Position numbers and translations under genes: made by a program. A model generated the notes under the pieces. The model saw only the letters and a program-made list of their open reading frames with translations. It searched no databases and was not told the origin of the DNA. Shown here in pieces: positions 1 to 8,808 of a DNA stretch of 64,000 nt. The DNA is from an uncultured beta proteobacterium. GTDB lineage: Bacteria; Pseudomonadota; Gammaproteobacteria; Burkholderiales; SG8-39. The first letter of the stretch is position 1. Each line of letters begins with the position of its first letter. The DNA is taken from assembly GCA_963716855.1 (NCBI GenBank), contig CAVQUV010000006.1:39342-103341 (forward strand). The letters run 5' to 3'.

Positions 1-620
1 TAGCCGTCCTCGAAGAGGCGAATGGCTTCGCACACGAGCGCGGCCTGCAGCCGGTTGAGGATGAACCCGGGAATCTCGCGCCGCACCACCACCGGCACCT
101 GCTTTGCGGCCGCGTGCAGACGGCGCGCGCGCTCGACCACTTCCGGCGCGGTCCACGGCGCGGGGCACAGCTCGACGACCGGCACCACGTGCGGCGGATT
201 GACCGGGTGCGCGACGAGGCAGCGCGTGCGGCCGGGCAGGTCGGCGCTGAAGGCGGAGGCGGGAATGTAGGAGGTCGAGCTCGCGAGGATGCAATCCGCT
301 TCGGCGAGCGGATCCATCGCGGCGAAGATCGCCTGCTTGGCCTCGACCGTTTCCCGCACGCTCTCCTGGACGTAGCGCGCGCCGCGCAGCGCATCGGCGA
401 GCGTCGGCGCCTGGGTGATCCTGGCGCGCACCGCCGCGGGCGACTCGTCGAGCAGCCCGAAGCCGGCGAGCTCGGCGAGAGCGTCGTCGACGATGCGCAG
501 ATTCGCGGCGCACGCGCCAGCGTCGCTGTCGTATACGGCGACGGGGTGCCCGGCACGCGCGAACACCATGGCCCAGGCGCGGCCGATCAGGCCGGTGCCG
601 ACGATCGCGATGCGCTCCAT
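1..620 (-). CDS. 3-hydroxyacyl-CoA dehydrogenase family protein, N-terminal ~206 codons (3' end lies left of the window)
   Basis: Own translation of the minus strand from ATG at 620-618: MERIAIVGTGLIGRAWAMVFARAGHPVAVYD (GxGxxG NAD fold) ... CLVAHPVNPPHVVPVVEL ... REIPGFILNRLQAAL, the HADH/LcdH-type core. G/C dominates codon position 3. Absent from the ORF track only because it is open at the window edge. Confidence 0.8.
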   Translation of the reverse strand, partial: MERIAIVGTGLIGRAWAMVFARAGHPVAVYDSDAGACAANLRIVDDALAELAGFGLLDESPAAVRARITQAPTLADALRGARYVQESVRETVEAKQAIFAAMDPLAEADCILASSTSYIPASAFSADLPGRTRCLVAHPVNPPHVVPVVELCPAPWTAPEVVERARRLHAAAKQVPVVVRREIPGFILNRLQAALVCEAIRLFEDG

Positions 621-625
621 TCCGG

Positions 626-1402
626 TCACACCGTGCGCGTGATGTCGCCGCAGATCGAGAGCGCCTGGCCGGAGATGTGCTTCCCGGCGTCGGTGGCCAG
701 GAACAGCGCCATGTTGGCGATGTCCTCGGCCGTGACGAACGTGCGCAGGCTCACCGTCTCGAGCAGCTTCTGCTTCTGCGCCTCGAAGGGAATCCCGAGG
801 GCCCTTGCCTTTGCGTCGATCACGCGGTCGATGCGCTCGCCCTCGACGTTGCCGGGCTGGAGGCAGTTCACGCGCACGCCGTCCGGGCCGGCCTCGATCG
901 CAAGGCTCTTGGTGAAGCCGACCACCGCCCACTTCGCCGCGGCGTAAGGGGTACGCAGCGGAAAGCCGAGACGGCCGGCGACCGAGGAGAGGTTGATGAT
1001 GCTCCCGCCGCCGGCCGCCTTGAGCAGCGGCATCGCTAGGCGCGTGCAGTAGAACATCGAGTTCAGATCGACCGCGATGCAGCGATCCCAGTCTTCCGGC
1101 TTCATGTCCTCGATTTTCGCGGTCGGACCGGCGATTCCCGCGTTGTTGACGAGCACGTCGAGGCCGCCGAGCTCGCGGTTCACGTCGGCGAAGAGCCGGT
1201 CGACCTCGGCCGGTATCGCCACATCGGTGACGCTCTGCGTGACCTGCGGCATCAGGCGTTGCGCTTCGCCGAGCGCGGCGCGGTCGATGTCGCACACGTG
1301 CACGCGCGCCCCGTGGGCGACGAAGGTCTGCGCGATGGCGCGGCCGATCCCGGCGGCGCCGGCGGTGACGAGCACGCGCAGGCCTGCAGCGGATGTGTTC
1401 AT
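626..1402 (-). CDS. short-chain dehydrogenase/reductase (SDR) family oxidoreductase
   Basis: C-terminal 258 codons of ORF 626..1999(-), starting MNTSAAGLRVLVTAGAAGIGRAI (TGxxxGxG). Also NNAG and the catalytic YAAAK (YxxxK). The upstream part of the long ORF is Arg/Ala-rich filler antisense to tsaB. Only 5 nt separate it from the HADH gene. Confidence 0.9.
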   Translation of the reverse strand: MNTSAAGLRVLVTAGAAGIGRAIAQTFVAHGARVHVCDIDRAALGEAQRLMPQVTQSVTDVAIPAEVDRLFADVNRELGGLDVLVNNAGIAGPTAKIEDMKPEDWDRCIAVDLNSMFYCTRLAMPLLKAAGGGSIINLSSVAGRLGFPLRTPYAAAKWAVVGFTKSLAIEAGPDGVRVNCLQPGNVEGERIDRVIDAKARALGIPFEAQKQKLLETVSLRTFVTAEDIANMALFLATDAGKHISGQALSICGDITRTV

Positions 1403-1513
1403 GCAGCGCTCCCCCGTGGACGCCGCGCGCTGCGCCGATGTGAGACCTCGGGTCCCCGGCCGCAAGGCGTGGCGCGGGAGTTTAGCGCGCCTCGGTAGAA
1501 TGGCGCAGACACG

Positions 1514-2185
1514 ATGAACATCCTGGCCATCGAGACTGCCACCGACGTGCTCTCGCTCGCGCTCAGCGTGGGCGCGCGCATGCACGAGACGACCCTCGCG
1601 GCCGGCCAGCGGCAGGCCGAGCTGATCCTGGGCGAGATCGACGCGCTCCTCGCACGCGCCGGCGTGTCGGTGCGCGATCTGGGCGGCATCGCGTACGGCG
1701 CGGGTCCGGGCTCGTTTACCGGATTGCGCATCGCCTGCGGCGTGGCGCAGGGCATCGCCGCGGCGCGCGGCATTCCGGTGCTGGGGGTGAGCACGCTCGC
1801 CGCGATCGCGGAGGGCAGCCGCGCGACGCGCGTCGTCGCTTGCCTCGATGCGCGGATGGGCGAGGTGTATCATGCCGCCTTCGAAAAACGGGACGGCGCG
1901 TTGCACGAAGTCACTCCTTCGGGGCTCCAGCGCCCCGAGTCCGTCCCGTTGCCCCCGGGCGGCGGCTGGACCGGCTGCGGTGGAGGGTTCGCCGCGCACG
2001 CCGAGGCCCTCGCGGCGCGCCTCGGCGCCCGCCTCGCGGCGGTGGATCCGGAGGCCGTGCCGTCGGCCGCGGCGATTCTGCGGCTTGCGGTGCCGCGCTT
2101 TGCGGCGGGCGAAGGCGACGATGCCGCGACGGCGGCGCCCGTCTACCTGCGCGATCGCGTCGCGCTCAAGACCGCCGAGCGATGA
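1514..2185 (+). CDS. tsaB: tRNA threonylcarbamoyladenosine (t6A) biosynthesis protein TsaB
   Basis: 223 aa, MNILAIETATDVLSLALS...GPGSFTGLRIACGVAQG, the classic YeaZ/TsaB N-terminus. Followed by rimI with an ATGA overlap, as in many proteobacteria. Confidence 0.9.
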   Translation: MNILAIETATDVLSLALSVGARMHETTLAAGQRQAELILGEIDALLARAGVSVRDLGGIAYGAGPGSFTGLRIACGVAQGIAAARGIPVLGVSTLAAIAEGSRATRVVACLDARMGEVYHAAFEKRDGALHEVTPSGLQRPESVPLPPGGGWTGCGGGFAAHAEALAARLGARLAAVDPEAVPSAAAILRLAVPRFAAGEGDDAATAAPVYLRDRVALKTAER

Positions 2186-2643
2186 GCGCGCTGCCGCGCC
2201 CCGAGCCGCGCATCCGCCCGCTGGCCGAGCGGGATCTGGATGCGGTCGTTGCGATCGAGCGCGAGATCTACGAGTTTCCCTGGACCCTCGGCAACTTCCG
2301 CGATTCGCTCGCCGCCGGCTACAGCTGCTGGGCGTATCACGCCGCGGACGGCCTGGTCGGCTACGCGGTGATGATGATCGGCGCGGGCGAGGCGCATCTC
2401 CTCAACCTGAGCATCGCGTCGGCGTGCCAGCGGCGCGGCTACGGCAAGCAGCTGCTCGAGTACCTGATGGCGGTCGCGCGCAGCTACGGTGCGCAAGCGC
2501 TGCTTCTGGAAGTGCGCCCCTCCAACGCCGTGGCGCGCGCGCTGTATGCCGCATACGGGTTTGAGCAGGTCGGCGTCCGCCGCGACTACTACCCGGCGCG
2601 GGACGGGCGCGAGGACGCGCTGCTGCTGACCTATCCATTGTGA
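2182..2643 (+). CDS. rimI: ribosomal-protein-alanine N-acetyltransferase RimI
   Basis: ATG at 2182 overlaps the tsaB stop. 153 aa GNAT with acetyl-CoA motif QRRGYGKQLL and ...LLEVRPSNAVARALYAAYGF. Position after tsaB is conserved. Confidence 0.9.
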   Translation: MSALPRPEPRIRPLAERDLDAVVAIEREIYEFPWTLGNFRDSLAAGYSCWAYHAADGLVGYAVMMIGAGEAHLLNLSIASACQRRGYGKQLLEYLMAVARSYGAQALLLEVRPSNAVARALYAAYGFEQVGVRRDYYPARDGREDALLLTYPL

Positions 2644-2653
2644 GCGGGCCGCG

Positions 2654-3415
2654 GTGACGGTGCGGCGCGACCGGATTCTCGACGAGATCGGGCTCGGCCC
2701 GACCTGGCGGCTGCGCGGGCGCCGCGCGCCGGCCGCACCGCTGGTGGCAGAAGAGCGGGGCGCCTACGCGGCGGCGCCGTCGACGGCCGGCGGCGCGGCT
2801 GCGCTCGCCCTCGACGATCGAGCCACGCGCATCGCGCAGCTCGACTGGGCAGAACTGAAGGCGACGGTCGCGGGCTGCACCGCCTGCCCGCTCTGCAAGA
2901 CGCGCACGAACACCGTCTTCGGCGTCGGCGACGAGCAGGCCGAATGGATGATGGTCGGCGAGGCGCCCGGTGCGGAGGAGGATGCGCGCGGCGAGCCGTT
3001 CGTCGGCCAGGCGGGGCGGTTGCTCGACAACATGCTCGCCACGGTCGGCCTCAAGCGCGGCGCGAACGTCTACATCGCCAACGTCCTCAAGTGCCGCCCG
3101 CCCGGCAATCGCAACCCGGAGCCCTTCGAGGTCGACCAGTGCGGCCCGCACCTCATCCGGCAGATCGCGCTGATCCGGCCGAAGCTCATCCTGGCGATGG
3201 GGCGGTTCGCGGCGCAGACGTTGCTCGGCACCGACGCGAGCATCGCGAGCCTGCGCGGCCGGCTGTTCCAGTATCAGGGCGTGCCGCTCATCGTGAGCTA
3301 TCATCCTGCCTACCTCCTGCGCACCCTGCCGGACAAGGCGAAGGCGTGGGAAGACCTGTGCTTCGCGCGCACGACGATGAAGGCGTTGAAAACGTCGGGC
3401 GTGCCGCCATCTTGA
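2654..3415 (+). CDS. uracil-DNA glycosylase, family 4 (Fe-S type)
   Basis: 253 aa with CTACPLC, motif A GEAPGAEED and motif B HPAYLLR, plus the N-terminal extension common in betaproteobacterial copies. Confidence 0.85.
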   Translation: MTVRRDRILDEIGLGPTWRLRGRRAPAAPLVAEERGAYAAAPSTAGGAAALALDDRATRIAQLDWAELKATVAGCTACPLCKTRTNTVFGVGDEQAEWMMVGEAPGAEEDARGEPFVGQAGRLLDNMLATVGLKRGANVYIANVLKCRPPGNRNPEPFEVDQCGPHLIRQIALIRPKLILAMGRFAAQTLLGTDASIASLRGRLFQYQGVPLIVSYHPAYLLRTLPDKAKAWEDLCFARTTMKALKTSGVPPS

Positions 3416-3449
3416 TCCCTGCTCCAACACCGCTGAGGGGAAAACAACC

Positions 3450-4046
3450 ATGAAAAGACTTTGGGCCGTTCTCATCGCCGGCGTCGCGCTCGCGCTCGGC
3501 GGCTGTGGCTACAACGACATCCAGCGCGCCGACGAGGGCGTCACCGCCGCGTGGTCGGAAGTGACGAATCAGTACCAGCGCCGCGCCGACCTGATTCCCA
3601 ACCTCGTCGAGACGGTGAAGGGGTTCGCGCAGCAGGAGAAGGACGTCCTGACGCAGGTCACCGAGGCGCGCTCGCGCGCCGGCAGCATCAAGCTCACCCC
3701 GGAAATGCTCAACGATCCGGCGGCACTGCAGAAATTCCAGCAGGCGCAGGGCGAGCTTTCGGGCGCACTGTCACGCCTGCTCGTGACCGTGGAGAAGTAT
3801 CCCGAGCTGAAGTCGGACAAGAACTTCCTCGAGCTGCAGGCCCAGCTCGAGGGCACCGAGAACCGCATCGGCGTCGCGCGCAACCGCTATATCAAGGCGG
3901 TGCAGGACTACAACGTGCGCATTCGCGAATTCCCGGTGAACCTCACCGCGATGGTCTTCGGCTACAAGACCAAGGCGAACTTCACGGTCGAGAACGAGAA
4001 GGCCATCCAGACCGCGCCGAAAGTCGATTTCGGCGGGAAGAAGTAG
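3450..4046 (+). CDS. lemA: LemA family protein
   Basis: 198 aa. N-terminal lipoprotein-like signal (LALGGCGYN), then the LemA helical core (QYQRRADLIPNLVETVKGFAQQE...YPELKSDKNFLELQ...RYIKAVQDYN). Confidence 0.9.
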   Translation: MKRLWAVLIAGVALALGGCGYNDIQRADEGVTAAWSEVTNQYQRRADLIPNLVETVKGFAQQEKDVLTQVTEARSRAGSIKLTPEMLNDPAALQKFQQAQGELSGALSRLLVTVEKYPELKSDKNFLELQAQLEGTENRIGVARNRYIKAVQDYNVRIREFPVNLTAMVFGYKTKANFTVENEKAIQTAPKVDFGGKK

Positions 4047-4065
4047 CCTTCAACCGCACGCGGCC

Positions 4066-4977
4066 GTGATGCTTCGGCGCCTGTCAGCGGCCGCCGGCAG
4101 TCTGTTGCTGTTCGTCGCGGCGGGATTCGCGCTCGCGCAGGATCTCGCACCGATTCCGCCGCTGAAGACGCGCGTCACCGACACGACCGGAACGCTCACC
4201 GCGCAGCAGGCGGCCGACCTCGAGCAGCGGATCGCCGACTTCGAAGCGCGCAAGGGCAGCCAGATCGCGGTGCTGATCGTGCCGACGACGGCGCCCGAGG
4301 CCATCGCGCAGTACGGAATCCGGGTGGCCGAGGCGTGGAAGATCGGCCGCAAGGGCACCGACGACGGTGTCATCCTGATCGTCGCGAAGAACGACCGGAA
4401 GCTGCGACTCGAGGTGGGATACGGGCTCGAGGGCCCCATCCCCGACGCGATCGCCAAGCGCATCATTCGCGAGGCCATCTCCCCGCGTTTCCAGCAGGGC
4501 GACTTCTTCGGAGGCATTTCCGCCGGCACCCAGCAGCTGATGCGCCTGATCGAGGGCGAGCGGCTGCCGCCCCCGGCGCCGCGCGCGGAGCCGCAAGGCG
4601 AGTTCGGCGGGGGCGGGAACATGCTCGTCATCCTGGTCGTGGTGGCGATGGTGCTCGGCGGCGTCCTCACCGCCGTGCTCGGCCGGTTCTTCGGCTCGGC
4701 AGCGACCGGCGGCGTGGTGGGGTTCATCGCCTGGACGATCGCCGGCGCGCTCGCGATCGGGATCGGTGCCGGGCTGCTGGCGTTCATCTTCTCGCTGATC
4801 TTCGCGGGCTCGCGCGGCGGTTTCTCGCGCGGCACGCGGGGCGGTCGCGGCGGGTGGACGACGGGCGGGTGGACGGGCGGCGGCTGGGGCGGAGGCGGGG
4901 GCTCGTCCGGCGGCGGGGGCTGGTCGGGCGGCGGAGGCGGCGGGTTCGGCGGCGGCGGCGCTTCGGGCAACTGGTGA
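4066..4977 (+). CDS. TPM-domain protein (YgcG-like) with membrane segment and Gly/Trp-rich tail
   Basis: 303 aa: signal peptide, TPM core (VTDTTGTLTAQQAADLEQRIADFEARKGSQIAVLIV...DDGVILIVAKNDRKLRLEVGYGLEG), hydrophobic segments, then GGWTTGGWTGGGWGGGGGSSGGGGWSGGGGGGFGGGGASGNW. Confidence 0.85.
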   Translation: MMLRRLSAAAGSLLLFVAAGFALAQDLAPIPPLKTRVTDTTGTLTAQQAADLEQRIADFEARKGSQIAVLIVPTTAPEAIAQYGIRVAEAWKIGRKGTDDGVILIVAKNDRKLRLEVGYGLEGPIPDAIAKRIIREAISPRFQQGDFFGGISAGTQQLMRLIEGERLPPPAPRAEPQGEFGGGGNMLVILVVVAMVLGGVLTAVLGRFFGSAATGGVVGFIAWTIAGALAIGIGAGLLAFIFSLIFAGSRGGFSRGTRGGRGGWTTGGWTGGGWGGGGGSSGGGGWSGGGGGGFGGGGASGNW

Positions 4978-4993
4978 GAACGGACAGATCCAC

Positions 4994-5494
4994 GTGAGCA
5001 TCGGACGTTTCTTTCGGCATCTCTTCAGCGACTTCTGGAGCGTGCGGCGCGCGTTTCCGCCGGAGGTGATGGCAGCGATCGAACGCGAGATCGGTGCACA
5101 GGAGAAGCGGCACAACGGCGAGCTGCGCTTCGCCGTCGAAGCGTCGTTGCCGCTCAACGATCTGATCAGCGGAGTGACGGGGCGCGAGCGCGCGATCGAG
5201 CTGTTCAGCCGCTTGCGCGTATGGGACACGGAGCAGAACACCGGCGTGCTGATCTACCTGCTGCTGGCGGACCGCGACGTCGAGATCGTCGCAGACCGCG
5301 GCATTCACCGGCCGGTCGGCGTCGCAGGCTGGGAGGCGATCTGCAAGGAGATGGAGCGTGAGTTCGCGCGCGGCGAGTTCCAGCAGGGCGTGATTCGCGG
5401 CGTGCAGGCGATCAGCGCGGTCCTGGCCACGCACTGCCCGCCGCGGCCCGACAACTCGGACGAGCTGTCAAACCGGCCGCTGATCGTCGACTGA
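4994..5494 (+). CDS. TPM-domain protein (TLP18.3/Psb32/MOLO-1-like)
   Basis: 166 aa from a GTG start, ...ELRFAVEASLP...NTGVLIYLLLADRDVEIVADRGI... Third gene of the conserved LemA-TPM-TPM trio. Confidence 0.8.
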   Translation: MSIGRFFRHLFSDFWSVRRAFPPEVMAAIEREIGAQEKRHNGELRFAVEASLPLNDLISGVTGRERAIELFSRLRVWDTEQNTGVLIYLLLADRDVEIVADRGIHRPVGVAGWEAICKEMEREFARGEFQQGVIRGVQAISAVLATHCPPRPDNSDELSNRPLIVD

Positions 5495-5546
5495 GACTCT
5501 ACCGCGCTGGTCTGGTCTGAACATACAAGCGTGGCCGGGCGGGGCC

Positions 5547-5870
5547 TCAGCCGACCCACGCGTGCGCGAGCACGTCGAGACGTAAGTCCTGGGTAAACGA
5601 CCGGCCGTCGCGCTCCGCGACGAGGGTCACGACGTGGACGCCGGGCGCGCCGAACCTCAGCTCATGGCTGAACGTCCCGCCGGCGGGCACCTCTGCAGTG
5701 AAGAGGACCTGCCCACGCGCGTCCCGCAGCGTGCAACGCCCGCCCGCGCTCGCGTCCAGCAGGGCCTGAATCCTGAACGGCTCACCGACGGCCCGCCGAT
5801 ACACCTGCGGGTCGCGATTGGCGTTGAACTGGAGCCCGTTGAGACGAACCAGCTTGACGAGCGTTCCCAT
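5547..5870 (-). CDS. hypothetical small beta-rich protein (107 aa)
   Basis: ORF 5547..5903(-). I prefer the internal ATG at 5870 because GGAGGAGG lies 8 nt upstream. High GC3. I recognise no motif. Confidence 0.5.
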   Translation of the reverse strand: MGTLVKLVRLNGLQFNANRDPQVYRRAVGEPFRIQALLDASAGGRCTLRDARGQVLFTAEVPAGGTFSHELRFGAPGVHVVTLVAERDGRSFTQDLRLDVLAHAWVG

Positions 5871-6023
5871 CGCGGTGGCCTCCTCCGCTAGAATCCGCTG
5901 CACATTAGCAAACCCTAATACTCAGCGCAATGCCGGACGAGGCGCTCGATCGGATCGAGCAGGACATCGAGGTCCTGGAGGCGTTCGCGGCGAGGCGACG
6001 GCCGAGGCCTCGGGCTCGAGGAA

Positions 6024-6317
6024 GTGCTCGAGCCGGCGATCGCGCTCGTCGCGCGCACCCTGCGCGCCAGGCTCGCCGCGGAGGGGAAACCCGGCCCCGC
6101 GGAGGACGCCGACGTGCTCGAGGTTTGGCGCGCGCTCGCGAAAGGCGATCCGACCTGGAACGCGATCCGCGACAACTGCCGCGAGCTGGTCTTCTACCGG
6201 AACTGCCTCGCGCTGGGTCGCACCGACGCGCTGCCGCCGGCGCCGCACCGGATGGCGGTGCGCACCGTCCGACACATATTCCTGTACGTCAGGTCACGCG
6301 CGCAGGCGAGCCGTTGA
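6024..6317 (+). CDS. hypothetical protein. Probably the 3' part of a ~128-codon gene that starts at ATG 5930 and is split by a +1 frameshift near 5993.
   Basis: ORF 6024..6317 has strong GC3 bias. The 21 codons from ATG 5930 (MPDEALDRIEQDIEVLEAFAA) also have near-uniform GC3 in the adjacent frame. 388 nt minus 1 gives 129 codons. Confidence 0.45.
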   Translation: MLEPAIALVARTLRARLAAEGKPGPAEDADVLEVWRALAKGDPTWNAIRDNCRELVFYRNCLALGRTDALPPAPHRMAVRTVRHIFLYVRSRAQASR

Positions 6318-6319
6318 CC

Positions 6320-7339
6320 TCAGTCCGGAACGCGCTCAGCGGCGGTCACCGCGAGCTGTGCCTTCCGCCCGCGCCGGATGAGGGTGAGCGTCGCACTCCG
6401 GCCGATCCGCTCCGCACCGAGCAGCCGATGCAGGTCGTCGATCCCGCCGACCGGGGTGCCGTCGAACGCCACGATCAGATCCCCCGCCTCGAGTCCGGCG
6501 CGGGCCGCCGGTCCGTCGCGCTCGACCGATTCGACGCGCACGGCGCGCTCGCCGTCGAGCGCGTGATGGCGCACGAGCCGTCGCCCGAGCGGCACGTTGG
6601 CGCCGGCGAAGCCCAGGTAACCGCGGCGCACCCGGCCGTCACGCAGCAGCTGCATGATCACCCATTGCGCCGTATCGATCGCGGTGGCGAAGCAGATGCC
6701 CTGCGCCATCGGGATGATGGCGGTGTTGACGCCGATCACGCGGCCGCCCGCGTCGACCAGCGGGCCGCCGGAGTTGCCTGGATTGAGGGCGGCGTCGGTC
6801 TGGATGACGTCGTCGACGAGCCGGCCGGTGGTCGCGCGCAGGCTGCGGCCGAGCGCGCTGACCACGCCGGCGGTGACCGTGTGCTGGAAGCCATAGGGGT
6901 TGCCGATCGCGATCGCGAGCTGGCCGACCCGCACGGCGCGCGAACGGCCGAGCTCGGCGGTCGCGAGCCCGCTCGCCCCGACGCGGAGCACGGCAATGTC
7001 GGTGTCCGGGTCGTCGCCGATCACCTGCGCGTCGTAACTCGCGCCGTCGGCGAAGGTGGCTCGCACCCCGCTCGCGCCGTGAACGACGTGGCTGTTCGTG
7101 ACGAGCAGTCCGTCGGGCGTGAAAGCGAAGCCCGAGCCGCTGCCGTGCCGGGCGCGGCCGCGCCGTGGCTGCGCGTGCGCCACTTCGAGATGAGCTACGG
7201 CCGGCCCCACGCGCTCGGCAGCCGCGACGACGGCCCGGGAGTAGGCGTCGAGCAGGTCCTCGTCGCCGCCGCCGCGGGCGGCGGCGGGGCCGGGCGGGTC
7301 GGTGGTCTCGTCCAGAACGAATTGCGGGATCGCGCCCAT
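6320..7339 (-). CDS. S1C (HtrA/DegP-like) trypsin-type serine protease with one PDZ domain, no signal peptide
   Basis: 339 aa. Catalytic triad contexts TNSHVV, DIAVLRV, GNSGGPL. C-terminal PDZ (GLEAGDLIVAFDGTPV). The N-terminus MGAIPQFVLDETTDPPG has no hydrophobic leader. Confidence 0.85.
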   Translation of the reverse strand: MGAIPQFVLDETTDPPGPAAARGGGDEDLLDAYSRAVVAAAERVGPAVAHLEVAHAQPRRGRARHGSGSGFAFTPDGLLVTNSHVVHGASGVRATFADGASYDAQVIGDDPDTDIAVLRVGASGLATAELGRSRAVRVGQLAIAIGNPYGFQHTVTAGVVSALGRSLRATTGRLVDDVIQTDAALNPGNSGGPLVDAGGRVIGVNTAIIPMAQGICFATAIDTAQWVIMQLLRDGRVRRGYLGFAGANVPLGRRLVRHHALDGERAVRVESVERDGPAARAGLEAGDLIVAFDGTPVGGIDDLHRLLGAERIGRSATLTLIRRGRKAQLAVTAAERVPD

Positions 7340-7482
7340 GGGTCCTCCAGGATCAGTCCCCGTCGCGGAGAGCTTGGGGCGGCGGGAGGAAAATCAACCC
7401 TGCGCGCGTCGGCCTGGCGTGGGTGCGCAGTTCGTCGTGTCGTCGATCGTGCCACGAGGAAAGGGAGGATCAACCGGGGCGG

Positions 7483-8784
7483 TCAGTGCCCGGACTTATC
7501 GACGCCGATGAGGTGCAGGGAGTCGCCCTGGCGCTGGTTGTACAGGTGGCGCTGGCGCACGAGCACCATCGAGCCGCTGACGAATAGCCCGAACAACACG
7601 ATGACGACGTAGATCGAGAGCTCGGCCCGGATCATCACGGCGTAAAGCGCGAGCATGATCAGGATCGCCAGGTTCTCGTTGAAATTCTGCACCGCGATCG
7701 AGTGGCCGGCACCCATCAGGATGTGACCGCGGTGCTGGAGCAGCGCGTTCATCGGCACGACGAAGAACCCCGCCAGCGCGCCGACCGCGACCAGCAGCGG
7801 GATCGCGATCCAGAGCTCGCGCACGAAGATCATCCCGATCACGATCGCGCCCATCGCCATGCCCATCGGCAGCACGCTCACCGCCTGACGCAGCGAGACG
7901 AAGCGCGCCGCGGCCACCGCTCCCAGCGCGATGCCGACGGCGGTGATGCCCTGCAGAGCGGTCGCCTTGGACAGCGGGTAGCCGAGCGCGGCCCTGGCCC
8001 ATTCGAGCACGATGAACTGAAGCGTCGCGCCGGCGCCCCAGAAGAGCGTCGTCGTGGCGAGCGAGATCTGCCCGAGCTTGTCCTTCCAGAGGAGATTGTT
8101 GCAGTGGGCGAAATCGCGGATCAGGTAGAACGGGTTCTTCTTCGGGACGTGGTGATCGACGCCGGTGTCGGGGATGAAGAGATTGAATACCGCAGCCGCG
8201 AGATAGCCGAACACGATGACCGCGATCGCCGCCTCGCCCGGCGTGTCGATGGACGTGTCGAAGCGCGGAAGGTCGAACGCGAGCAGCTGCCGCGACACCG
8301 TTTCGCTCACGAGCACGCCGCCGAGCAGGGTGCCGAGGATGATCGAGCCGACCGTGAGTCCCTCGATCCAGCCGTTCGCGGCGACCAGCTGACTGGGCGG
8401 AAGCAGCTCGGTCAGGATCCCGTACTTCGCGGGCGAATAGGCGGCGGCGCCGAGTCCGACCAACGCGTACGCGATCAGCACGGTCAGGTACTGGTCGACG
8501 CCGGAAGGGGTGAGCTGGGCGTAGAAGAACATCACCGCGCAGCCACCCACCTTGACCAGGTTGGTGATGAACATGACCCGGCCCTTGGGCATCGAATCGG
8601 CGAACGCCCCGACGAGCGCGGCGAGCGCGACGTACGAGATGGTGAAGAAGAACTTGAGCAGCGGCACCATCCACGTCGGGCCGCTGAGCTGGGCGAGAAG
8701 CTGGATCGCCGCGATGAGCAGCGCATTGTCCGCGAGCGACGAGAAGAACTGCGCCGCCATGATCGTGTAGAAACCGCGCTTCAT
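7483..8784 (-). CDS. lplT: MFS transporter, lysophospholipid transporter LplT-like
   Basis: 433 aa, about 12 hydrophobic segments. The N-terminus MKRGFYTIMAAQFFSSLADNALLIAAIQLL resembles the LplT family. Confidence 0.75.
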   Translation of the reverse strand: MKRGFYTIMAAQFFSSLADNALLIAAIQLLAQLSGPTWMVPLLKFFFTISYVALAALVGAFADSMPKGRVMFITNLVKVGGCAVMFFYAQLTPSGVDQYLTVLIAYALVGLGAAAYSPAKYGILTELLPPSQLVAANGWIEGLTVGSIILGTLLGGVLVSETVSRQLLAFDLPRFDTSIDTPGEAAIAVIVFGYLAAAVFNLFIPDTGVDHHVPKKNPFYLIRDFAHCNNLLWKDKLGQISLATTTLFWGAGATLQFIVLEWARAALGYPLSKATALQGITAVGIALGAVAAARFVSLRQAVSVLPMGMAMGAIVIGMIFVRELWIAIPLLVAVGALAGFFVVPMNALLQHRGHILMGAGHSIAVQNFNENLAILIMLALYAVMIRAELSIYVVIVLFGLFVSGSMVLVRQRHLYNQRQGDSLHLIGVDKSGH

Positions 8785-8808
8785 CGGAGCGTCGGGTCGG
8801 CGCGCGAC

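Noticed and set aside
4840-4977. Repetitive ggc/ggg-rich DNA that might be a tandem repeat or G-quadruplex array.
   Set aside because: It is in frame within the TPM-domain gene and encodes the Gly/Trp tail. The repeat units are imperfect and there is no spacer-repeat structure.
5930-7612. Very long alternative-frame or antisense ORFs throughout the track. Examples: 5930..7612(+), 7496..9025(-), 10735..12447(-), 30879..34592(+), 37159..40356(-), 50373..53570(+), 54676..57123(-), 57438..59681(-, upstream part).
   Set aside because: Their translations are Arg/Ala/Pro/Gly-rich low-complexity strings with no motifs. Each overlaps a gene with clear family signatures and better third-position G/C bias. 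This is the expected stop-codon-poor shadow frame of GC-rich DNA.
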